DNA of 64,000 bases from Kribbella sp. (lineage in GTDB: Bacteria; Actinomycetota; Actinomycetes; Propionibacteriales; Kribbellaceae): assembly GCA_035759015.1 (NCBI GenBank), contig DASTVQ010000068.1:10526-74525 (forward strand), written 5' to 3'. Shown in pieces: positions 36,832 through 45,289 of this stretch (the first letter of the stretch is position 1; every line of letters starts with the position of its first letter). The notes beneath the pieces were generated by a model. The model did not search any database and had not been told where the DNA came from. It saw nothing but the letters and a program-made list of their open reading frames with translations. The translations under genes and the position numbers were made by a program.

Positions 36832-37689
36832 ATGCAGATCGGAGCGGTGTTCCCCCAGCTGGAGATCGGTACCGACCCGGCGGTGATCCGCCAGTGGGCG
36901 GAGACGGTCGAGGAGGTCGGTTACCGGCACGCGGTGGCGTACGACCACGTCCTCGGCGCCGGCACCGCCGACCGGCCCGGTTGGCGCGGGTACACCGACG
37001 AGTCCCTGTTCCACGAGGTCTTCGTGCTGTTCGGCTACCTCGCGGCCATCACGACCGAGCTGGAACTGGTCACCGGGGTGCTCGTCCTGCCGCAGCGCCA
37101 GACCGCGCTGGTCGCCAAGCAGGCGACCGAGGTGGACGTCCTCAGCGGTGGTCGCCTGCGCCTGGGCGTCGGCATCGGCTGGAACCACGTCGAGTACCAG
37201 GCCCTGGGCGTGCCCTTCGAGCGGCGGGGCGCTCGCCTGACGGAGCAGGTCCAGCTGCTCCGCCGACTCTGGGCGGAGCAGACGATCACCTACAACGGAC
37301 GCTTCCACGACATCGAGGACGCCGGCCTCAAGCCGCTTCCGGTACGCCGGAACATCCCGGTGTGGTTCGGTGGTTCGGCGGAGGCCGTGCTCCGCCGAAC
37401 CGGCCGGATCGGTGACGGGTGGATGCCACAGAGCCCCCCGCACGACGAAGCCCGCGCTCAGGTGGAACGGCTGCGCGCCTACGCGGCCGAGGCTGGCCGC
37501 AACCCCGGCGAGGTGGGGATCGAGGCGCGGCTGACCCTTGGCGCGGTGCCGGAGAAGGACTGGGCCGACTTCGCGGCAGGCTGGCGTGCCTTGGGTGCCA
37601 CGCACCTGGGCGTCAACACGATGGGTATGGGCCTGTCGGGCCCGTCGGAGCACGCTGCCGTGCTCCGCGACGTCCTTCCGGTCCTGTAG
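36832..37689 (+). CDS. LLM-class, probably F420-dependent oxidoreductase
   Basis: AYDHVLG, LVTGVLVLPQRQTALVAKQA, GRLRLGVGIGWN, PVWFGG. Confidence 0.9.
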   Translation: MQIGAVFPQLEIGTDPAVIRQWAETVEEVGYRHAVAYDHVLGAGTADRPGWRGYTDESLFHEVFVLFGYLAAITTELELVTGVLVLPQRQTALVAKQATEVDVLSGGRLRLGVGIGWNHVEYQALGVPFERRGARLTEQVQLLRRLWAEQTITYNGRFHDIEDAGLKPLPVRRNIPVWFGGSAEAVLRRTGRIGDGWMPQSPPHDEARAQVERLRAYAAEAGRNPGEVGIEARLTLGAVPEKDWADFAAGWRALGATHLGVNTMGMGLSGPSEHAAVLRDVLPVL

Positions 37690-37703
37690 CGCCGCCGACC
37701 ATC

Positions 37704-40700
37704 TCAACGCACCGGGTACATCCCGATCACGGTCTGGTCGACGGAGGCCCCGTCCTTGGCCTCGGCCCTCGCGCGAAGCGACAGCCGGCCACCGGGCCGC
37801 AGCAGTTCCGGCGGGATGACGGCATGGACGGCGTCACCATCAAGCCGGGTCCGGAGCTGCACCCACGTCTTCTCGTCGGCCGACGCCCAGATGCTCCCCG
37901 CACGGACGTCCGCGGGCTGGTAGTCGAAGTGTGACTTCCGCGACACCGTCAGGTCGAGGTTGGCCGCACGGTTCGCCTCGAGCCGGCCGAGGGCGTCGAC
38001 CTCGAGGCTGTAGTCCAGGTCCAGCAGCGTCGGGTACGTGTCCGGCTGGAACGGGTCGGACGGCGGGTGGGAGTCGAACTCCCAGGTCGTCGTCGCCGTC
38101 CGGGCGATCGGCAGCGCGTCCTTGGTGAATGTCGACTGCTGCTCGAGCCGGAAGTGTCCGCCCCGATCGGCTATGTCGAACCAGCCGGTCTGTCCTTCGG
38201 TGGTCCCGATCAGGTCGTCGCCGAGATGGAGCGTGAGCCGGCTGCTCTCCAACGACTCGGCCGGCGGGCTGAAGCCCACGTGCTCACCGTCGGAGACGCC
38301 GACCTCGATGTAGAGGGAGTACTGCGAGTGGAAGGCCTCGTACATCCCGGGGTGGAGTCCATCGCCCCAGACCTCGCTGACCCGCTCACCCTCGGCGTAG
38401 CTCCGGTATGGCGCCCGCAGCCCAGGGGTCCACTGATCCGGGAGCGTGAGGGTGTGGGACCAGAGCACGGCCGGTGATGCCGTCATCAGCATCGAGGTCG
38501 TGGAAGGGACGTCGATCTCGCGGAACTTGATCAGGGAGATGCCGCTGACCTGACCCGTGAAGCCGAGGCCGGCGACCCGTGGACCAGGCTGACCGGCCCC
38601 GCGGTAAGTGTGCTCCACCCGCGCCAGCTTGCGCGGGTCGATCGTCGGCGACAGCGGGTCGGTGAAGCGAGGCGCGGTGTTGAAGAGCTCGTAGACCGCC
38701 GGGGCGTTCGGTGAGATCTTGCCGGTCGGGACGAGGTCCCAGCGCAGCGCACTCTCGAAGACGCCGTGCGTGACCGGCTCGGTGGGCGTGATGAAGACCT
38801 GACCGCGAGCGATCTGCTCCGGCTCGACGTAGAGCTCATCGGTGAAGCCGCCCCATCCGGGGACCATGTGGCTCCACCAGATGCCGACGGTGTCGGCGAC
38901 CGCCGTGGCCTGCCCGGTGATCGTCGGGGCGCGCAGGGGTTTCGCGGCGCGGGCATCGAGTACGACCGTCGTGTCGGCATGCACGTCCACCGCGCTGTCG
39001 CCGGCGATCGTGTACGTCTCCGGATCGCCCGCGGCGGCCGGCGTGACGACCGTGGCGAACGCGCTGAAGGTGCCCGGGGGAACGCGCACCGTGCCCTCGC
39101 CGTTCTCGTCCAGCGAGACCCCGGCGAAGTAGAAGTCGTCGCCGCTCTTCAGGTTGACCCGGGTCGCTGCCGGGGCGCCGTGGCGGTCGAGCACCTTGAG
39201 GTGGACGTCGTAGCGCGGCGGCTCGTCGACGAACCCGACCGGCAGCCGCAGCACCGCCTCGCCTCCGGATGCGAACAGCACGGAACCCCCACCGATTCCG
39301 TCGTCCACGGCGGCCGGGTCCAGGGTGATCGTGGTGGTCGCGGTCCCGCCGGCGGGCACGGTCAGGTTCGCGGGAGAGACGACGACGGCAGTGTCGGGCG
39401 CCGCGGCGCCACCCCCGAAGTCGAAGTCCTCGACGAACTCCTGATCGGTCACCTGCAGGGTGACCGGCTCCGCTCCGGTGTTGGTGATCGTCACGGTCTT
39501 GCCGCGCGGTGACTCGTCGGGATGCTTGACGTATCCGAAGTCGAGGTTGGCGAGGTCGCTGGTGAGCGGCTGCGAGGTTGCCGCAGCAAGGTCGAGGCGA
39601 CCGCCGCCGACGGTCCAGGGCGTGTAGGTGTCGTTGGTCGCCGCGGTGGTGACGATCCGTGCCTTCAGCTGCTGCCAGGTCAGATCGGGGTGCTGCTGGA
39701 GCAGTAGCGCCGCGGCACCCGCAACGATCGGGGCGGCCTGCGAGGTCCCCATCATCGGCACATAGAGGTCATCGGTACGGGCACCCGCCCGGGCACCGAG
39801 GATCTCCACGCCGGGCGCGGCAACGTCGGGCTTCAGGCGGTACGTGCCACGGGTGGGGCCCTCCGAGGAGAACCCCGCCTGCCGGTCGTCGGAGCCGACC
39901 GCGGCGACCGTCAGCGCCGACGCGGCTATGCCCGGCGAGCCGATCGTCGCGGGATTGCGACCCAGCCCACCGGCGTTCCCGGCGGCGACCACGAACAACG
40001 TGCCGTACTGGGCAGTCAGCTTGTCCAGGGCCAGAGCCACGGGATCGTCGGCCTCACCCGCGCGGGCGCCCAGGCTCAGGTTCACCACATCGGCGCCCTG
40101 AGCCGCCGCCCACTCCATGCCCGCGATCAGCCACGAGGACTGGCCGAAGCCCTCGCTGTTGAGCACCTTGCCGACCAGCAGGTCGGCACCCGCGGCCACG
40201 CCTCGGCGCGCCCCGTCGGACCCGGCGCCGTTCCCGGCCACCAAGGACGCCACATGGGTGCCATGACCGTTGCCGTCGTCGGTGGTCGGCTCATCGGTGA
40301 AGTTCGCCGCCGCGTCGACCTGGCCGGCCAAGGCCGGGTGGCCCTCGTCCACGCCTGTGTCGAGCACGGCGACCTTCACGCCCGAACCGTCCAGCCCGAG
40401 ATCCCACGCGCTCGGCGCTCCGACCTGCGACAGGTACGCGTCCAGCTCCGCGGTCTTGACCTGACCGTCCAGCCAGATCTTGCCGGCGTTGCGCAGAGCA
40501 CGCGCGGTCGCGTCGGGCGCCGGCGCCGCCGTCACCGACCCGGCCAGCTCGGTGAGCGTCTGTCCGAACTGCGCGGCACCGGCCTTGTCCAACGTCGTGG
40601 CGGTCGCGCCCAGGCTCGGCAGCGCGTGCGAGGCCTTCAGCCCCGTCGCCGCCTTGGTCCGCAGGCCCGGCGCGTCGCGCAGGATCAGCGGCAGACCGTT

Positions 40701-41072
40701 GCGGTGGGCATCGTCGTACCCCATGTCGACCAGGCCGGTCACGTCGAACAGCGCCGGGTCCAGCACCTCGGGCACGAGTCGGGCTACGTCGTGTGGGATC
40801 ACCTCGACCCGGCCCGCCTCGCGCCGTACTGAGAAGCTCCGCCGCTGGTCACCACCGCGGGGCATGAACTCCACCCGTGGCTCACCGCCTGGCGTCGGGG
40901 TGAGGCGGACCTTGTCTCCGGTCACCAGTGTCACCGTCGCAGCTGGTCCGGCCCCGGCTGCAACAGCTCCGGAGTCGGCCGGTTGACCCGAGGCGGGCAG
41001 GCCCAGCAAGGAGGCGAGCAGCAGAACGACTGTGGCGATAGCGGATCGTTGAAGGGTGCGCGCGGCAAGCAT
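37704..41072 (-). CDS. Secreted S8 subtilisin-like serine peptidase
   Basis: Signal peptide; triad VLDTG, HGTHV, GTSQA; oxyanion AAGN; KPDVAAPG. Confidence 0.93.
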   Translation of the reverse strand: MLAARTLQRSAIATVVLLLASLLGLPASGQPADSGAVAAGAGPAATVTLVTGDKVRLTPTPGGEPRVEFMPRGGDQRRSFSVRREAGRVEVIPHDVARLVPEVLDPALFDVTGLVDMGYDDAHRNGLPLILRDAPGLRTKAATGLKASHALPSLGATATTLDKAGAAQFGQTLTELAGSVTAAPAPDATARALRNAGKIWLDGQVKTAELDAYLSQVGAPSAWDLGLDGSGVKVAVLDTGVDEGHPALAGQVDAAANFTDEPTTDDGNGHGTHVASLVAGNGAGSDGARRGVAAGADLLVGKVLNSEGFGQSSWLIAGMEWAAAQGADVVNLSLGARAGEADDPVALALDKLTAQYGTLFVVAAGNAGGLGRNPATIGSPGIAASALTVAAVGSDDRQAGFSSEGPTRGTYRLKPDVAAPGVEILGARAGARTDDLYVPMMGTSQAAPIVAGAAALLLQQHPDLTWQQLKARIVTTAATNDTYTPWTVGGGRLDLAAATSQPLTSDLANLDFGYVKHPDESPRGKTVTITNTGAEPVTLQVTDQEFVEDFDFGGGAAAPDTAVVVSPANLTVPAGGTATTTITLDPAAVDDGIGGGSVLFASGGEAVLRLPVGFVDEPPRYDVHLKVLDRHGAPAATRVNLKSGDDFYFAGVSLDENGEGTVRVPPGTFSAFATVVTPAAAGDPETYTIAGDSAVDVHADTTVVLDARAAKPLRAPTITGQATAVADTVGIWWSHMVPGWGGFTDELYVEPEQIARGQVFITPTEPVTHGVFESALRWDLVPTGKISPNAPAVYELFNTAPRFTDPLSPTIDPRKLARVEHTYRGAGQPGPRVAGLGFTGQVSGISLIKFREIDVPSTTSMLMTASPAVLWSHTLTLPDQWTPGLRAPYRSYAEGERVSEVWGDGLHPGMYEAFHSQYSLYIEVGVSDGEHVGFSPPAESLESSRLTLHLGDDLIGTTEGQTGWFDIADRGGHFRLEQQSTFTKDALPIARTATTTWEFDSHPPSDPFQPDTYPTLLDLDYSLEVDALGRLEANRAANLDLTVSRKSHFDYQPADVRAGSIWASADEKTWVQLRTRLDGDAVHAVIPPELLRPGGRLSLRARAEAKDGASVDQTVIGMYPVR

Positions 41073-41344
41073 GTCCCTGTCCTACCGTCGGCGCACGCGG
41101 CGGTCTATCGGTTTCCCCTGGCAGACGCCGGACATGGCCGGTTCTCGTCAGGGCCGGATTCTCGACAGGATCACCGCGGGCTCGGCTTGAGCATGAGCTC
41201 AGCTCGCGGCTTCGGTGCGGTCCTCGCCGACGCCCAGGCCGGCCGGCCACTGCCCGGCGAACAGGTTGTCGAGGCCTGGCGAGCACGCCGCGCCGAAGCT
41301 GATGTCGCCGACCGCGTCGGGTTGCTGCGCAGCACAGCTCCGGA

Positions 41345-41480
41345 ATGACCACCCAGGTTCGCGGCGACTTTCAGTTGCAGGACGAACACGGTGAGGTCAT
41401 CGACCCGCTGCCGCTGCGGGCGTTCGGCGGCGAAGCCGTTCTGCGACGGGAGCCATGCTCTGGCCGCGCGGGGACGCCGT
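41345..41480 (+). pseudogene. CDGSH iron-sulfur domain protein remnant
   Basis: VRGDFQLQDEHGEVIDP in one frame, CRCGRSAAKPFCDGSH (41409-41456) in another. Confidence 0.7.
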
Positions 41481-41739
41481 TCCAGGGCGGCCGGCGAGCG
41501 CGGCCGACAAGGATGCATACCCCGGGCGGATCGGGGCACCGGGGCGGCACGAGATCGTGAACGCTCGAGCGACCACGGGCTCCAGGCCTCGGCGTTGAAA
41601 ACGACAGCGTCGGGGTCGTTCCCTGTCCGAAGAGTGGTCGGGTACCGAGGGGAGCAGCACCCTCGGGCAGGCGTGAGGCACACTTGGGGCCAGGCAGCCG
41701 ACGCCTGTGGGTCGGCTCTTTTCTGCTAGGAGCTGGCCG

Positions 41740-42441
41740 ATGGAAACCAAACCGCTGCACATAGACATCGCTGACACCATGTCCGAGGTCGCAGCAGCGC
41801 TGCAGGCACCGATCGACCTGGACGAGACGCTGAGTCTGATCACCCGGGCCGCCGCGGACACGATACCGGCAGTGTTGGAGGCGAGCATCTCGATCACGAC
41901 CCGGGACGGCCGGATCGAGACGCTGGCGCCCACCGACCCGATGGTCAGCCGCGCGGACCACCTGCAGTACGAGCTGCACGAAGGCCCGTGCCTCGACGCC
42001 GCGATCGAGGAACCGATCGTCGTGGTCGACGAGCTGGCGACCGATCCACGCTGGCCCGACTTCGGTCCGAAGGCCGCCGCGCTGGGCTTCGGCTCCCAGG
42101 TGGCCTTCCAGTTCCGGGCGGAGCCGCACGTCCGCGGCGCGCTGAACCTGTACGCGCTGGAACCCCGAGCGATCGATCGGGACGCGATCGCCCTGGGCAG
42201 CATGTTCGCCGGGCAGATCGCGGTCGCGATGGGCTGGGCCCGGCAGGACGAGACCCTGAACGAGGCGCTGGCCACCCGGAACGTGATCGGCCAGGCGATC
42301 GGGATCGTGATGGAGCGTTACCGCCTCGACTCGGACCGTGCCTTCGCCTTCCTGGTCCGGCTGTCGCAGGCCGGCAACGTCAAGCTACGGGTGGTCGCCA
42401 CCGGCATCGTCGACCAGGCCAACGTCGCCGCCGGCCAGTAG
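41740..42441 (+). CDS. GAF + ANTAR domain protein
   Basis: DHLQYELHEGPCL, DPRWPDF, GALNLY; ANTAR TRNVIGQAIGIVMERYRLDSDRAFAFLVRLSQ; AGGAG RBS. Confidence 0.93.
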   Translation: METKPLHIDIADTMSEVAAALQAPIDLDETLSLITRAAADTIPAVLEASISITTRDGRIETLAPTDPMVSRADHLQYELHEGPCLDAAIEEPIVVVDELATDPRWPDFGPKAAALGFGSQVAFQFRAEPHVRGALNLYALEPRAIDRDAIALGSMFAGQIAVAMGWARQDETLNEALATRNVIGQAIGIVMERYRLDSDRAFAFLVRLSQAGNVKLRVVATGIVDQANVAAGQ

Positions 42442-42596
42442 TGGACCTACCCCTGGCGTGACGACGACCGGCAGACCGGCCGGCTGCGTCGCTGGTACGA
42501 CCAGGCGCCCAACGCCAGAGCCACTCCAAACCCGCCGAAGGCCGCGCCGGTCCCTCCCGAGGTGTACGTTCCGCGCAGGCGGGCACTGGACGGTCC

Positions 42597-43565
42597 ATGA
42601 CCGTCTACGGATTCCACGCCTCCCACGAACAGGTCCCGCCCGCCGACCTGCTGGCGGCGGTGGTCCGCGCGGAGCAGGCAGGGTTCACCGCCGCGATGTG
42701 CTCGGACCACTTCAGCCCCTGGAGCCGGCGGCAGGGCGAGTCCGGGTTCGCGTGGTCCTGGCTCGGGGCCGCTCTGCAGGCGACCGGCCTGACCTTCGGA
42801 GTGGTGAACGCGCCGGGCCAGCGATACCACCCGGCGATCATCGCGCAGGCGATCGGCACGCTCGGCTCGATGTACCCCGGGCGGTTCTGGGCGGCGCTCG
42901 GCACCGGCGAGGCGAGCAACGAACACATCACCGGGCAGGTCTGGCCGCCCAAGGAGACGAGGAACCGGCGACTCGGCGAGTGCGCCGAGGTGATCCGCCG
43001 GCTCCTGCGGGGTGAGGAGGTGAGCCACGACGGACTGGTGACGGTCGATCGCGCCCGCCTGTGGACACTGCCCGAGACCCCGCCCGCCCTGCTCGGCGCG
43101 GCTGTCTCCACCGCGACGGCCGAGTGGTGCGCCGGTTGGGCCGACGGGCTGATCACGGTTGCTGCCGAACCGGACCACCTGCGCCGGATGATCGCGGCGT
43201 ACCGGGGAGCCGGTGGCCGGGGCAAGGTGTGCCTGCAGGTCCACCTCAGCTACCACCAGGACGAGGACGAGGCCCTGCGGATCGCCCACGACCAGTGGCG
43301 GACCAACGTCTTCGCGCCGCCGCTGTGCTGGGACGTCGCGACGGTCGAGGTGCTCGACCAGGCCGCCGAGCACGTGACCCCGGAGGCGATGCACCAGGCC
43401 GTCCGGGTCTCGTCCGACCCGGCCCGCCACGCCGCCTGGCTGAACGAGTACGCCGAGCTGGGCTTCGACGCGATCTACCTGCACCACGTGGGTCGCGAGC
43501 AGACGGAGTTCGTCGACGTCTTCGGCGAGAAAGTGCTGCCCCAACTGGAGGTGACCCGCCCGTGA
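42597..43565 (+). CDS. LLM-class oxidoreductase (TIGR03885-like)
   Basis: YGFHASHEQ, CSDHFSPWS, RYHPAIIAQA, GTGEASNEH; GTGT-N15-GGGCAC at 42562-42586. Confidence 0.88.
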   Translation: MTVYGFHASHEQVPPADLLAAVVRAEQAGFTAAMCSDHFSPWSRRQGESGFAWSWLGAALQATGLTFGVVNAPGQRYHPAIIAQAIGTLGSMYPGRFWAALGTGEASNEHITGQVWPPKETRNRRLGECAEVIRRLLRGEEVSHDGLVTVDRARLWTLPETPPALLGAAVSTATAEWCAGWADGLITVAAEPDHLRRMIAAYRGAGGRGKVCLQVHLSYHQDEDEALRIAHDQWRTNVFAPPLCWDVATVEVLDQAAEHVTPEAMHQAVRVSSDPARHAAWLNEYAELGFDAIYLHHVGREQTEFVDVFGEKVLPQLEVTRP

Positions 43566-45235
43566 GGCTGACCGAGACCGCTGATGTGTGGTGGAAGAAC
43601 GCTGTCGTCTACTGCCTGGACATCGAGACCTTCTTCGACACCGACGGCGACGGCCGGGGAGACATCCGCGGCCTGTCGCAGCGGATCGACCACCTGGCCG
43701 AGCTCGGCGTCACCTGCCTGTGGCTGATGCCGTTCTACCCGACACCCGACCGGGACGACGGCTACGACATCACGGACTTCTACGGCGTCGACCCGCGGCT
43801 CGGTACCCATGGCGACCTGGTGGAGCTGATCACCTTGGCGCAGGACCGTGGCATGCGCGTGATCGCCGACCTGGTCGTGAACCACACGTCGGACCAGCAC
43901 CCGTGGTTCAAGAGCGCCCGCGCCTCGCGCGAGTCGCCGTACCGGGACTGGTACGTGTGGCGGGACGAGCCGCCGGAGGACGGCCCCAAGGGGCTGGTGT
44001 TCCCCGACAAGGAGGACAGCCTCTGGCAGTACGACGAGCAGGCGGGCCAGTACTACCTGCACCGGTTCTACAAGTACCAGCCGGATCTCAACATCGCCCA
44101 GCCGGAGGTGCGCGAGGAGCTGATCCGCGTGATCGGTTTCTGGCTGCAGCTGGGCCTGTCCGGGTTCCGCGTGGACGCGGTGCCGTTCCTGCTGGACACG
44201 GCCGGGGCGTTGGACGCGGCGGACCTGCCCGACCCGCACGACTTCCTGCGGGACCTGCGCGCCTTCATGAGCCGGCGGAGCGGTCAGGCCGTGCTGCTGG
44301 GCGAGGTCAACCTGCCGTACGACCAGACGCGCGAGTTCTTCGGCGACGAGGACGGCGACGAGCTGAACATGTGCTTCGACTTCATCGGCATGCAGAAGAT
44401 GTACCTGTCGCTGGCCCGGTCGGACCCGGCCGAGCTGGCCAAGGCGCTGCGGGAGCGGCCGGTCCCGCCGGAGGAGGCGCAGTGGGGCACCTTCGTGCGC
44501 AACCACGACGAGCTGACCCTGGACAAGCTGACCGAGGGCGAGAGGCAGGAGGTCTTCGACGCGTTCGGGCCGGACAAGGACATGCAGCTGTACGGGCGCG
44601 GACTGCGGCGCCGGCTGCCTCCGATGCTCGGCAACGACCCGGCCCGGATCCGAATGGTCTACAGCCTGCTCCTCTCCCTGCCGGGGACGCCGGTGCTGTT
44701 CTACGGCGAGGAGATCGGCATGGGGGAGAACCTCGCCGCCGAGGGGCGCAACGCCGTACGGACCCCGATGCAGTGGAGCCGCGGCGGCAACGGCGGCTTC
44801 TCGACCGCCGATCCAGCGGACCTGGCAGGTCCGGTGGTCGAGGGCGAGCTGGGGCCGGAGCACGTCAACGTCGCCGACCAACGGCGTGACCCGGACTCAC
44901 TGATGTCCTGGATCAAGCTCCTCATCCAGCGCTACCGCGAGTGTCCGGAGCTGTCGTGGGGCGAGTGCACCCTGCTGGAGCACGAGGCGACGTCGGTGCT
45001 GGCGCATCGGTCCGACTACGAGGGCGGCACGGTCATCGCGCTGCACAACTTCGCGGCGGAGTCGGCGGAGGTCACGCTGGCGGTGGCCGGCAACGGGGTG
45101 GGTGTCCGAGTGGCAGACCTGCTCACCGGGCGGACGACGGACGTGGGCGGCGACGGGATCCTCCGCCACAAGGTCGGGCCGTACGGGAGCTGCTGGCTGC
45201 GGGTGCTGCGCCCGGGCGACCGCTACCTCGTGTGA
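43562..45235 (+). CDS. GH13 alpha-amylase family, trehalose synthase (TreS)-like
   Basis: WWKNAVVY, DDGYDITD, DLVVNHTSDQHPWF, FRVDAVP, GEVN, RNHDELTL, FYGEEIGMG. Confidence 0.9.
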   Translation: MRLTETADVWWKNAVVYCLDIETFFDTDGDGRGDIRGLSQRIDHLAELGVTCLWLMPFYPTPDRDDGYDITDFYGVDPRLGTHGDLVELITLAQDRGMRVIADLVVNHTSDQHPWFKSARASRESPYRDWYVWRDEPPEDGPKGLVFPDKEDSLWQYDEQAGQYYLHRFYKYQPDLNIAQPEVREELIRVIGFWLQLGLSGFRVDAVPFLLDTAGALDAADLPDPHDFLRDLRAFMSRRSGQAVLLGEVNLPYDQTREFFGDEDGDELNMCFDFIGMQKMYLSLARSDPAELAKALRERPVPPEEAQWGTFVRNHDELTLDKLTEGERQEVFDAFGPDKDMQLYGRGLRRRLPPMLGNDPARIRMVYSLLLSLPGTPVLFYGEEIGMGENLAAEGRNAVRTPMQWSRGGNGGFSTADPADLAGPVVEGELGPEHVNVADQRRDPDSLMSWIKLLIQRYRECPELSWGECTLLEHEATSVLAHRSDYEGGTVIALHNFAAESAEVTLAVAGNGVGVRVADLLTGRTTDVGGDGILRHKVGPYGSCWLRVLRPGDRYLV

Positions 45236-45289
45236 GGCGCGCCCGCCCCGAGGGTGGTTCCCGGGGCAGGCACCAGGCGGCCTGAAGGA

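Noticed and set aside
41640-41645. GGGTAC boxes at 41640, 14133 and 56600 as stress promoters
   Set aside because: No GNNT at 15-16 nt spacing; GGGTAC alone is common in high-GC DNA.
43061-43561. N-terminal extension of the GH13 ORF
   Set aside because: It lies inside the LLM gene; GTG 43562 has a GGAGG RBS and overlaps the upstream stop.
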